Assembly: GCA_027923505.1 (NCBI GenBank)
Contig: BROI01000003.1
Coordinates: forward strand, 124,001 to 188,000
Length of the DNA: 64,000 nucleotides
Direction: 5' to 3'
DNA from: Mayamaea pseudoterrestris
Lineage: Eukaryota
A program made the position numbers and the translations under genes. This document shows, in pieces, positions 31,501 through 44,949 of this stretch. Below the pieces are notes generated by a model, which searched no databases, was not told the origin of the DNA, and was given only the letters and a program-made list of their open reading frames with translations. Each line of letters opens with the position of its first letter. The stretch's first letter is position 1.

Positions 31501-34500
31501 CCTCCTATTTTCGCGTGCACGGAAACTACCAGTTGACCTGCCTATGTTAACCATCAGAGCATCTTGTGTCCCGACTCGTACAGTGAGTCTCTTAGGTTTA
31601 AGTGGTTCTTCCCAGGAATAATACTGGGATTGGCCTGGCTTTAATAACTGCCATGGATGACCGGAACAACCTTTTTGGCGGTAGTAAATTGTACTGGCAA
31701 CGCAACAATTGTCGATCCGATAGGGTAGAACGGTTTCTTTGCGTATAACTAGGAAAAGACTGTGCTGCAGAGAACGCAATTCTGCTTTTATGTATTCCAA
31801 ATCAAAGGATGTGGAAAGTCCACTAGTAGGCGAAAGCATACGATCACGTGAGAGTGTGGACGATGCATCCTGACCAGTAACAGAAGCTTTCATTCGAAGA
31901 CGACGGAGACGATCTGAGTCATGAGTCGAAAAAAGGTAAGTATGTCAAGGGGTACGGTGCTAGGAAGCATGGAGAAGCGCATAAAGTACGCACCTTCGAT
32001 AGTTCTAAAGCGCAAAACCAATGGAACCACCTCGCCTTCAGACGCCGATGTATTTGCTGATCGGCCGAGGCCGACAGCTGAGCTCACCAGTCGTATGCTT
32101 GCTCTGCGTAGTGTCGCTCGCGGGCGAATGCGAGCTGAGTTCTCGGCAAGCTCCGTCATCCGGCTTCGAAGCTTGTTCATTGTCTCAACAAACGTCAACC
32201 GAGATACAGGCACTCCATCAATCGACAACAACTGGTCCCCTATGTGGACATCAGTTTCATTAAAAGCAAACGAATCCTTCTTCACCGCTTTAACGATTAG
32301 GGTCTTCTCACTTCCCCATTCCGTTTCAAACCAAATGCCCAGCTCGGTGGCCAAAAGATGCAAATTCGTTGATGGCAGGCGAACCTCGTATTCATTGGAC
32401 GCCCTGGTTAACACATGTGGGACCGCCTTCAAGTCCACTGCCTTCGTCACCTTCAAAGTGTGTTCGCCGGGTGAATCTGTCGATATACTAGCAGTAAGGT
32501 TGTATTCGCCGCCTAGATCAACACGCAATAACCTTTCTCTTCGCGAATCCGGCAGTATGAATGGAATAATTTCTGAAGGTCCAGCTGTTGTTACGTAAAG
32601 AGCCGACGGATGGGCGCGAGTAGTACTTGCTACAGGACCATCATATCGCTCATCAAGAATTGTCTCTCGCCCCCACAGTGCTTCATACTGGTTAACTTTT
32701 TTCATGTTTTTCTTGGTCCTGTCTCTCGGGAGGCGCCAACGCCGTTCCTTCATGGCTACGTCGACGGATGTGTCAGCGGCTGATGGACGGAAGATAGAAC
32801 TGTCCTGCCAGAGTCGAATCGCAGAAGGAAGCGCATTGACAACTAAATATCGAGGGAGGAAGCGAACTATTTTTGTGTATCCAGATAACATTCCTGGAGC
32901 TACACTTACCACCATTGTGAGTTCAATCATTCTTCCGTCTCGGCAGTGCATGCTAAAATCAAACGAGCTGAGACTAACAGATATTAACAAACAAACGTTT
33001 TCAAGCGCGCCTAGACAGAACGTACCTCACTACTTGTGAGAAGCCCACAGAATCAAGACTGAAACCCTGCGACCAATCAGATGCGTAGTTAGTAGCACCA
33101 GTACCGTCCCAAAGTTGTACACATAGTTTCTGATGGCCGATTGACAGAACACCTTCGTTGAAATTAAACATGCAAGCAATTTCAGCTAGCTTGGCTACTG
33201 CAAGGTCAACTTCGACTAGGGCTGCTACTTCACTGGGTAGGAGGTCGCATTGGCCTGGCGATGAAGCCAAAGCGCCCGGTGTTCCCGAAAAAACTGTTTT
33301 AGACTCACGACGTTGAAATATCGGCAGGCTTTGTAAAGAGTCAGAATGTTTAACTTGCGCACGGCCGCCGCTGAGTGGTTCAGAACCGTCTCGATCCGGA
33401 CCAGTAACAGTGCCTGAAACAAAACTCTTGCTCTTGTCCTGTCTATACCTTAACGAGTGTTCTGTTGTGTTGACTATCCAAAACGGTGAAAAGATAGAGA
33501 TATGACGTTGACCTCCACCTCCACGAACATTGTCGATGTTTAGCGTTAGTCGCTGACCAAGACTATCGACGACAATAGTTTCCGCCACGACATCTTGTGG
33601 GAAGAACGTGGCGGTGTCTGTGCGATATGTCTTTCCGCCGACATGGTCCATAGCCACCATACCTGCGCGTGCAGATAAATTTGACAATTTTAGCGACCGA
33701 ATAACCTGTAATTTGATCACTTGGCGCCAGACTTACCTAAGTCAAGTCCAAGATCTGATTTCCCGTCTATGCGATTGTTTAAATCTTTCTCTTTGTTTTT
33801 TGTTGCAAACTGGGGGTTTTGAACCAAAAATAATTTCTCGTGGCCACGTTTATCGGGGCTGTCACCTATTTTTGTGAGTGTCTTCCCAAGTTGTTTCGTG
33901 ACGGCTTTACCCGCCTTGCCAATCGACTTTAAACCTGCGAGTCCCTCTGGTGATCGATGGAACCCTTATGAGTTTGAGTCGCCTAACAATTCATATTAAA
34001 CAAATTATAAAGCTTACCTTTCATAGCTCCTCGAGGCTGATCCAGACCATGATGGACCAAGGCGCCCTCGCCAACAGGAGTTTTACAAAAACCAAGATTT
34101 ATGAACAACAAAAGTGGCGCGTCTAATCCAACAGAGTGAACGGACACCAGCTGACCAGGCTCAAGATCCGCAAACCATACGACACTTCGATGAACCGCAT
34201 GCATAAGTTCAAAGCGGCCGCGTTCTGGTAGCAAGTTGGCAACAACAAACGTTGGGTATATCGACAAGGTGTATGCCACAGGACCATGGATCAACTCCTT
34301 CAAGTCATCTTTTGAGGGTGCCTTCACGAGTGGACTTCGCACGATCTCCACTGCATAGCAAAACGGCGACAACCGTTCATTAGTTTCCACAACTACTGGA
34401 CAAGATACTTGCAAACCAGTTTGTGCTTCCAGCTGAGACATGTCTTTTCCGTAGTTACTTTCGAAAAGCGAAGCGGACTCGCTCACGATTCTTGCTAGCT

Positions 34501-37500
34501 GTACTGGGCGTGAAGTGAACTTCACCGTCCCATTTTTCAAATCACTCTCATGCAAAAACGGCATTAATAATTTCCCGTCATCAAGCGCTCGATCATGCGG
34601 TCGCAGCCACAACGAGCCAATATGGCTTCCAGATTGCCGAAGTGCGCTTTCAATAAGGAGAGTTGGAATTTGAAAGCTCTCGCCCGGTTCAACAACAGCA
34701 TCTTCGTTTGTGACAGACGTCTTCGGCCCAAAGTCCGGGCTCGCAAGAAAAGACGTGTCGGGGTCAAAAACAGGGTCCGGGTGCAAAAGCATCGATACTT
34801 TGTGCGAGGTTCGGTTTACAACCGAGAAGAGTGATTTTACTGTCACTTGGCGACCACCGTTCTGCAGACCCACCTCAATTAAGAGCTTGTAGATATTACT
34901 CAAACGCCAATCGCTCACACCCTTCGCGACAAGCTCCGGAAGTCGAGGAACAATATTAATGAAGCTTCTACCAAACGCATCAACTTTTATGCCATGGATC
35001 CAGTGAAAGCCTGGTACTTGCAAATCGATAGCATGCCGGGCGACGTTATCTTGCCCCTGAGGAGCAGTCCCGCGGTTTTGCAAGCCAGGGAAATCGACCT
35101 CAACAACTGACATATTACGTATCACAGACATAGTAGGCCGGAAAAGGAGCTGCGTCGACTTGGTATGATCAAGATAGCTTATCACCAACGACTTCGACTG
35201 ATCTCCGTTGCGTCCACTATCGGGCTTTCTAAGACGAAACTTCTGTCCTGACATATTTCTGATTGAGAAAGCGACCCGATCGTCGTCTCGCAGTCCCGCA
35301 GGTAGCTCCTGAGACACCTTAACCTTCCCGACTGACTCCTCCACGGTCTGTTTCGTCTCTGCAACTAGCTGAGTACCTAATTGTCCAGAGCTTGCACCCA
35401 TTTGTTCGGTTAGGAGCCGACGGAAGGAATCGACGACCTCATCAATGATAACAAGGAGCGCACCTGAAACGTTGACATGAAGGGGAACGTCTGATTCCAG
35501 TGCAATACCAAATCCTCGTTTCCGAGATCTTTCAATAAGGCAAGTGCAGCGATACGGTTCGAGCAATGGTTCCCAACTTCTTGTTTGGCCCAGCTTAAAA
35601 TACTCTCCCCATAATACGCTTTCCATTATCACATTGAGCTCATCCTGAGTGTAATCAATCTTTTGCAATTCCGGATCTGAAGTGTTAAGCTGTGAGGCTG
35701 TGACATTGAACGTCGAGACAGACATGACACCAACAGGAAGATGTGGCCCAAGTACTGGATCGAGAAAGAACAGGCGGACGTCCGCGATTTTCACATAAAG
35801 CAAAAAGCTGGATAAAACTTGACTTGCATCCACTACATGTCCGCTGTCCAATTCTTCGCAATCTTGGGCCTCGGCAGACGCTCGTTTGGTTTTCCCGACC
35901 AAAGTCAAGAAAGTAGACGAAACCAAGGGCATGACTTCAAAGACAAACGTGACATCGCAAATGGATTTGCCCAGATACCGCCTAGGCTGCTCAAACGGTT
36001 TACATATCCTTGCCGGTGCAACTCGCTGAGGCAGGACCGAGATCATCGGTGATACGAGACTGCAGGAATGGCCCTCATCAAAAGGCATCTCGAACGCATA
36101 ATTGGAGTGGTTCGTCAAGAGATTGAAGTTTAACGAGAGCCCGAAGGAAAGATTGTCTACAAGCTTGTGCGCAGTTGAGCTAAACTGAGGCTCACGAAGA
36201 CCAAATCTAATGCATCTGTCATCGAAATACAATTCCAGATTCCTTGCAACAAGTTCTTGCACAGTAAACGTCCGCAGCGAAGAATAGTGATACCAGATGC
36301 CATCAGCGTGAGTCCTCACACCCGGAGTGGCTAGGGAGGTGGAATCGCATGCCATGGACAAGCAAGGGTTCACCAGCCAGAGACGAAAGTCAAGGTTGTT
36401 TCCAGGCAAGTCCCACTCTTCGGTTTCCTCCGTACTTTTTATTAATGATTGCTGAAGTTGCGTCTTCAGTTCACAATTGCGCTTAGTTGCATCGAATGCA
36501 GGATGGCCAAAGATAGGATCGGAGAAATAGCTTGATACGAAACTCAAAAGTCGAAAGATCGATGAAAACTCATTGAGATTGGATCGTCCACTATCAACCC
36601 CCAGATTGTATAGCGTCCATTTTGGGGTCATGCAAATATTCATCTGGAACGACTGCGGCAGTTGCTTCGTAAGTAAATTGTAATCACCATTTAGCCCAAA
36701 GGTAAGATCAGCATGAGATATGACATTGTCGCCATCGCCGTGCGGAATATTGAAGACTTTGTCAAACGTCTTGCCTTCGTCGACAAATAGGACGTCCGTA
36801 CAGCCAGATCCGACACGGCTAATTCCTTTCCAATCGTTTGCAATATGAATGACGGGGTTACAGAACTCCAATCGCAGTGCACCGGAGGATGATTCGTTGC
36901 AAACTTCGGTGACGCCAAAATAACCGGTGTCAAAGCTACATCGGAGACCAATGTATCGCATGTGGACGCAAACTTCAGACTTGAAAGTTGTGAGTTGACT
37001 GACAACAGATTGGAACTCTTTCGTTCCGAACTCCGGAAAAGGCATCTTAAGATAAGATGGGAGCGCAACGCCCGCCAACTGAGAAATCGGATAAGGAAAG
37101 TGCATCGGAAGTTCTTGCATATTGGAGAACCAAATCGATAGAAGTAGGCACCATTGCGAGAGTGCCACGTCGAGGGATAAACGATTAGATAGCATTCCGA
37201 ATGGCTCAGTCAGCAAAATTCGTGTATGAGGCGCTTTGTCAAATAAAATATCCAAGTCCACTGGCTCGGTAGTTATTCTCTTCCAAACACGCGAACGTCT
37301 TTCATCGCTGACTAGCGTGGCGTTAGCCGCTTCGGCAAGCATTGCAATGTCGCGAATTGCGTACACTGGTTTGTTGGAGGCGGCTTTACCGTCCACAGTG
37401 TAGTAGTATCGAAATGCTGCATTTTGTGCGCTATCGTAAAACTCGTCCAAGTCTCCCAGGGCAGTAAACAATTGAACGTTTCGGCATTCGATCTCTACTC

Positions 37501-40500
37501 TTTCGACAGGAGCACATGCATGGTTTATAGAATCGTTAAGTGTGTTAGGTTCTTTCAGGTCCTGTTCTACTGCGCTATACCTCTGCAGAATTGTTGACTC
37601 CGTTGGCATCTGAAATGTGGACGAGGCAAGATATGTCATGATTCGAATTTCCTTCGCTTCAATTGCCGTGGCGTCTAAGCTTGAGCTCAGACGTGGGATA
37701 GTAAGAGATGTGTTATGCATTTCACACCTAAATCGCATTCGTGATCTCTCTTTATTGTTGGCTGGCGCTCGAGGAACAAGGAGCTTTAGGCATGGAATAA
37801 GGCCGTCTGGCTCAGCCAAGAAGAATTGACTGCATTCGCTGACATACTGCTGTAGAAAACAAATCTGAAGATCGCATGTCGTCACAGTGAGCGACAGTCC
37901 TTTAGCGTCTGACTGCATCTCGACCTGGACCGGCATTGACGGCGTGTCGGTTGAGACCGTGATAGCGTCAGGATGCAGCTCGCCACCCGCAGTCAAGTTC
38001 TCCATAAGTATTGACTCAATTGCAATGGATAGCATCTTGACATTTGCGTCTGGCTTATTTTTTACCAGGCAGCCCTCAGTCGTTAATCGACTAAATGGAG
38101 TCAAGTCTTCCGAGGCGAACAAGACTGAAAAGGATGATGACCAGCATAAAACTCTTGACTTAGATGTAACGACTGACCGAGCGACTTCACGATCTGCCCT
38201 TTCAGTCCTATCCCGCGGAGTATTCAGAAACGGTCCAGCTACATCCCAAAAGACCGAAGCAAGCGTTCTGGTGACAGAAGTTGAGCATAGAAACTCAACA
38301 TCACAAACCTCAAGATCATGCAAAGACTCCCGTCTTCTCTCGCCAGCTCCTGCTTCGTTCACATCGGATGCTAGTGCATTAAGGGAAAGACCACCTTTGC
38401 CAAACGGGCTGTCCTCGTCCATCAGGAACATCTGAAGGCAAGCGCCGATGGTGGATGCACTCGACGTCGAGTTGTCTTGTTCATGCGGAATGCTGTCATT
38501 GTCGCTGCCATCCCGCACATCACCAATCTGCCGGTTAGCTATCCGTATAACATTCAGTCCGGTGCTTTCGGACACAGTCGCAGAATCTAAGCTTACATTG
38601 ACATATGTGTCATAGTATGCCCTAACGAAGGCACAGCATATTCCGGCAGGGACGTCGAGGCCAATGTCAGGCGGAGTGCTGTAGTCATCGCGAACCATGT
38701 CGAGAAGGCCGCGGAAAGACGCCAACGTTTCTTCCACTGAATCTTGTACCATTTTATGCACCAGATTTTCGTCAATCGTTTCGTTGCTGAGTACATAAGC
38801 ACGATTGCGGAGGGTAGAGGCATCGACGATTGAAGCGCCCGAGGGTATAATTTCGAGAAATTTGAGAAGCGAAGCATTAACAACTTCCCAAGCGTCGTCC
38901 AACGAGAGTCTTATCCCATTTAGCTTGTCAATACATATCTGCATCGCAGACGCGAGAGCTTCTTCATGTGGAAAGGTTCGGTCGAACGAAGAAGCGAACA
39001 ATAAGAATCCATGAAGGATTTGCTGAAACTGTTTCTCCGGAGATACACCATTAAATTGCTCTGTCAGGTCCTTCGTTTTAAACATTGAGATCCTTACTCT
39101 TTTAAGGTGCAGGTCGGCCCTGAACAATAGGAGCCGTGAAAGAATCTCCAATCGCGGAAGTAACGGACTGCAGCTTTCGTCGGATACGTCGGAATCGTTC
39201 TGAACAGAAAATAGATGTAAATGTGGAAGACCTTCAAGTCTGTCTTTAGAAAGCATTACATGAATGTCCGAAGCTTCAATTGTACATTCATGTCTGGCTC
39301 GATTCCTGTCGCCGACAGAATCAACATTAACTACAACAAGAGCTTCGAAATCAACAGGGTGCTCAAACATGCTCTGACTGACAGTCCAGTTGAATTGAGA
39401 ACTTTGACAGTCGACTACAATATCAACCCCAGTCATGGTATAGACCTAGGAGGCGACAAAAGCAAATATTTAGAGATACGAGGTTTATGCATATCACTCA
39501 AATGAAAAGGAAACTTACCCAGTTTTGCGCTACGAAAGTTGGCCGTAATGACTTAATATCTCTAATCCGTAGCATGCGGAGGCTCCGAACTACTGACTTA
39601 TTGTCAACGTCGCCATGTGTATAGATGTCGTCGTGGTCGGTATCATTATCGTTGGCTAATGGTGAAACAAATGATCCGCTGTAGGCTTCAATGAGACCGG
39701 ATCTCAGCATTACGCCCGATTTACTTGATGACAACGACAAGGAGATAAACGATTTTTCCTGGGAACTCCCACCTTTCGCCAATGAGGCATATTCCTCGGT
39801 AAAAGGAATGACGACTTTAAGACCATGGAGTCGAATAGAAGAGTTAATAACTCTCGGTTGTGTCGCGGATGTCAACGCTCTCACGCGTTGCCTTGCTTCC
39901 TCCGCCTGACTCACTTTTACAAGCCTGGTCGGTAATCGAATAGGTGATCTGAAAGCGCGTTTTATCTCATCAACTGTTTCCATGTGAACGACAATCAAGA
40001 TGGGAGACGTGTCCAATTGACATACGCTCTCGGACTTGGTTGTAAGAATCGACAAGGTCGTCGCATCCATCTCGCGACGTTGCGAAACGACGGGATTGTT
40101 AATCATCGAATCACCATCGCTTTCCGAACCAACACTAAGAAAACAATAGTCTTTGACGCCTAAGGCGTATATCCCGCCTATATTCATGTTCATATTTCGC
40201 GACCTTGGACTACTAGTGCTGACTGAGAGTCGCGAACAGGTTATGGAAAGGCGGAGAAGAGCATTCTCGGGATCCTTGAACAACAAAAAGTCAGTCGATG
40301 GTAATATCGGCCCGTCGTCTATGCTTTCACCATCAACAATTGGATTCTGCTTGCTATTTCCTTCCTTATAAAATCGCTGATCATCGGTAAGAACGGACAC
40401 ATCAGTCGTCGTGGCGTCGCTTGTCGAGAGGCTAACATCACTCGAAACAACATAGTCATAGTCAACCAAGCGGAGTTGGGGAGGATCATCGTCTTTTACA

Positions 40501-43010
40501 ATAACCAACTCAAGTTTCTCAACATCTAAAGAAAAACTGAGACGTAAAGCACTTAGCTCGTCCGCTCCTTGATTTTCAGCTCCTTGAAGTTCCAATGCCG
40601 TCTTCACCATCCCTCCGGACTCCGCCGTATGCGCAATAGTGGCTTCCTCTACGATAGAAGGAGCATTTACTTCCAAATGCGCTGGAGATGAGTAGCTAGT
40701 AAACCTTGCGAGCTCCCTTACGCCAACATCATGCCGCGTTCGTGCTATTTCGGCTTGCCTGCCAATCCACGCCATATTACTTGAAATATTTTTCGTGTTC
40801 CCAAGCAGTCGTCGCCCGTCTGGCGGTTTCCTGCGAGGCGTTCGATGGTTTCCCGGACCCTCAATACCACAAACATCAAGAAGGGATCCTGTCAACTCAG
40901 TGCGTCCGCGAGCGTATAACTGTCGAGCGATGGCGCGGTAGAGGAGGATCTGCTCCATACATAGCTCGTCCTCAATAGCCAATAATTTCGATTGCAATGC
41001 AATGTCCTCATAATCGTCCTTGTTAAGATGAACACATGTGTATAGCTTTATGTACTCCTCTCTTTTATAACGTTGCTTTTTCCAGTCAAATGACAAAAAC
41101 ATGTGTTGAAACTGCACTCGTAAACGACGTCGCTGACGCAACTCCCGAATAATCACTCGAACAGCATACCTCCACCACCAATTAACAACTCGCCGCCTAT
41201 GATGGGTGATACTAATTGTTGACACATCTGCGGATACGGCAGTAGTTGTCTTTGGCATAATGTCAACGTCATTGTCATCAGCTGTAGTGTGTTCTTTCCG
41301 CCTTTTCTTTTCGTGCAGCACCTCAGCTATTGTTTTCGATGGCCGCCCATTTCTGATTCGTGCGCTCGAGGCCAGCAGTGTGCCCAGTAGTGCGTAATGT
41401 CTCGTCGAGCAAACAAGCTCGACAGAACCCATCACCATAGTCGACGTTAAATGAGGTACAAGCAATCCCCTCGTGGACATGTCATATGCCACCTTTAAAT
41501 TTTCTGCTTGTACAAGAGGTTCCACAGTGGAACAAGAAAATTCATCTCCTTGAGTTGTCCTGCTACGTGCCAATGACGGACGAGCGCCGACTCTGTGTCG
41601 AGACTCGCTATATGGTTTACTTTGTATGATCGCGTCAGAGGCCTTTTCGTGTCCATCGATTTCGTGAACACTGGAGCGACTTCGAAGACTGCCACTTTCA
41701 ACATTATGCATCATCGTCTCCGGAATTGATGCTACAGTTTCTTCTTCTACATGGTTGCCATCATCCTGACTCACTGATGGAGCCTTGTCGCGCTTACCTC
41801 GACGCTTCGACGATGCAAGAGACGCGGAACCTTCATGCGACGCGCCAGTGAGTGCTGTCGGAACTGTCTCATCTATCACCACCTTTGTCAAAGGAACCGT
41901 CGCGGCTTTTCGTTTGTCCAGTGAGTATGGATAGAATATTGAATACGTCAAACTCGCATCGACGGGCCGGAGCACAAATTCCTTGGTAGAGGGATCACCT
42001 TCGACACGTTGTCGCGACCTGCCGTCGGTACGTTCCGTCGTTTGCCGCACATAGACTCCTAATCCTGTCACCTTGATGCACTTGTCCACGTGGTCACCAT
42101 CGTCATTATTGCTGTTGCTGCTGTTTTGCGCTGCATTGACTTCCACTTCGCCGACCGGAGCAGCTTCCTTGCCAGCCATGACATGCGTCAGCGGCAGCAT
42201 GAATCCCAGCTCGACTCCATCCTGGATCAAAATAATCTTGACGTTTTCAATCGTCATGGCCAAGCCACTATGAAACCTCCACAAAAAGTCCTTGGTGGCA
42301 CTCTGCAGCCAAGCATCCCACCAATTACTCTTGAGTTCGTCAGCAAAAGCGGTGGCACCATTCTCATTCTGCTGCTGCAACTTTGACAGATTCTGCTGCT
42401 GCTGCTGGTCGCGCTTGTGCACGCTGCGCAGCCACGGTCCCATGGGATGTCCTCGCGACTGCCGTCGCTCCGCCTCGCGCAGGCGACTCTGCTTGACTTC
42501 GCGCAAAAAATCGGACTGTGAAGGTGGAATCGACGGAGATGCGTGACTACTTGGTGCGTCATTGTCGTCAAAGACCATGTCGGGAAAGAGTATTTGACTT
42601 TCACTACTTGCATCTTTTGCGTCATTTTCATTCTCAGTCACTGCTGCTGCTGCTGCTGTACGTTCCTCCCATTCCTCGACACTCTCCAGTCCAAGTACAA
42701 TGCAAACGTTTTGCACCACGACTTGCACGTCGCCCTGCCCCCACACCAGCCGCTTCCACGGAATGGTCACGGTCAAGTTTCCAATCTTGCTCGAAATCAG
42801 TTTGAACCGCAGTGGCGGTTTACCTAAAGCAGCAGCAGCAGATGCATGCGCATTCAGTAGTGGATAAATGGCGTCGTGGCGGAGGGAAACGTTGGTGAGC
42901 TGCAAGTGACCGCTCCACACGCCCAGCGTGAGTTGCTCGGGATCAAATTCCAAGTAGTTGGATAAAAGGTCGGATATTTTGCGCGAGGGATTGTACATGT
43001 AGGATGACAT
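25542..43010 (-). CDS. VPS13: VPS13-family bridge-like lipid transfer protein, 7 exons, ~5,680 aa, with PDZ and C2 insertions
   Basis: Chorein-N start (LLSNYLEFDPEQLTLGVWSGHLQLTNVSL), WEPLLEP, VAB/SHR-BD repeats (SPFWIVNTT, RFLPRYLVVN, PYRIDN..YSWEEP), LQIDQQ, and VPS13_C (IGSLDFVGNP, GVAKGTLSL, PVKGYRRDGSVG). GT-AG introns at 39446-39518, ~33947-34017 (alternative acceptor 33935), 33663-33736, 32953-33025, 31914-31993 and 28346-28409 keep the frame (17,034 nt CDS). Confidence 0.9.
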
Positions 43011-43312
43011 GATGTTCGTACTATGTGAGACAATCAGTGCCAAGCCTTGTTCTTGTTCTCGTTCTGCTGCAGTCGGGTCGCAGTTGAAGCCGTGGATTGC
43101 TGCGTGTGTTCTTTCGTGCCTCTGATCAAAACTATTTTGCTTGACCAGCAAGCAAATTGGATATATACTGATAGTAACAAAGTGGTACAGTCGGTTGCGT
43201 CTCTGCTTAATTCAGGAAACAGCAGGCATGCGATAGTGTCGTGCAGTCATGGTGGAGAGGATGCGTTCCGTCAGATTTTAGTAACGCTGCGACTTTTGTG
43301 TTGCTCTGCGAC

Positions 43313-44615
43313 ATGAAAAAGACATTTTTTCGTGATATGCACGAGTCACAAATCGCTCGCATCCACCATGGCGACATGGGCCGCTCTTGCTGGTTGCTTT
43401 CCGCACTTTTCGCGGCTGCACTATTCTTTGGCATTGTCAATATTGGTATAGGAAGCGTCTTCACGTCCCATAGTGCAAAACATGGTGCGCTTCTTGCTCC
43501 CGCTCGCTCTGACTCAAAGAGTAATGACGCTACTTCTCCACAATCACGACCACCACTCGACTCGATACTGCACGGCAAATGGAACATTACGGGCGACCCC
43601 AGCTGGTTGCTGCACTTTGCCATTATTGGATTCCCCAAGTGCGGCACCAGCACCATGATGCATCACCTTGGTCAGCACGAGCAAGTCTCTATTTTTGCGG
43701 ACGAGCGATGCGATTTGGCCTACAACCAGCAGGCAATGCTCATCAGGGACAGCTACAATCATCTCGCGAAAGAAAAGACGCGCGGCATGAAATGCCCCAT
43801 GCTGCTAGAGTCGACGCAGCTGGGAATGAGAAACATGCAAAGGTATTTTTACAAGACGAAGTATATTGTGGGCATTCGACATCCAGGTGCGTGGTGCGTG
43901 TGATGCAAACGAGTAGCATTGACTCTCAATGTTTCATTGCTGCTATTGACAGCTCACTTGTTCACTTTTTGCCATTTTGATTACAGTCCTTTGGTTTGAA
44001 TCATTCTACAACTTTCGCATACAAAACGAGTTTCCCATGCCTCCACCCAATCAACTTTTCGGCAAGTGCACCAAGGGCGGCTACAACGTTTGCACCTTTC
44101 GATCCAGCTTTCACCTGTTTCTCAGCAATCTAAACATGACGCCCATGGACTCAAACGAGCTAGCATACATTGACAGCGACTATCACAAGGCAATGGATAC
44201 GTTGCCAGTGTCGGCTAGCCGTCCCAATGTGTTTCTGTACGAGCTGTCGCAACTGACGTCAAGAAACGACGCGGCGGGAGAGTTGGACCTTCGTCGCGCC
44301 CTGCAATCCTTTCTTGGTCTATCGTTACCCATCAAGCCCTTTATTTGGATCAAACCGGGCGTGGAGCACAAGAATTCCACAACGAAACAGCAAATTGACG
44401 CAAACAAGATTGACATTTGCCAACACCAATATGACAGCTTGCGCGAAACGCTGCAGACGCAAGCGACCAACGTTTCCTTGTGGATTCGCAGGCATTTTCT
44501 GCACGCTCCCGGAGTTTTTGTCAGCAACAAGAAACGGTTCAACGACATCATGGAAGGCTGGGAGAAGGATCCATGTTTGCAGCGACAATGGCGCAAGGAG
44601 CAAAAGACAAGTTGA
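43313..44615 (+). CDS. Membrane-anchored sulfotransferase-like protein (2 exons)
   Basis: TM anchor and 5'-PSB loop FAIIGFPKCGTSTM. The 3'-PB-like GIRHP|VLWFESFYN spans intron 43887-43986. Confidence 0.75.
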
Positions 44616-44949
44616 TAGATTATAACCTGGCCTGTTTCCTTGGCGACACGTAAACAAAGCGTCGGATTGTTACAGCAATGAACTTGCACAGGGCAGCGAC
44701 TTACCGTCGGGCGGCATGAGTGATCACTCCACGCTTACTGTATCGCAGGCCCTCGCAGCACAAATCACACAGTTTTTGCCCTTGCGTCACGATAATGTAC
44801 TCCTTACGTGCTTTAGTTAACTACAGCAAATTAAAAATTTAGAATATAACGCAACAGTTAGATATACAAGGTTACAGCAGCGTAAGGCACATACAAGCCT
44901 GGCAAAAAAGTGCCGGCAATTACAACAGAGTCGCTATTTACGCAATTCG

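Noticed and set aside
25542..43151. Six separate large minus-strand genes as listed in the ORF track
   Set aside because: Canonical introns join them in frame into a single VPS13.
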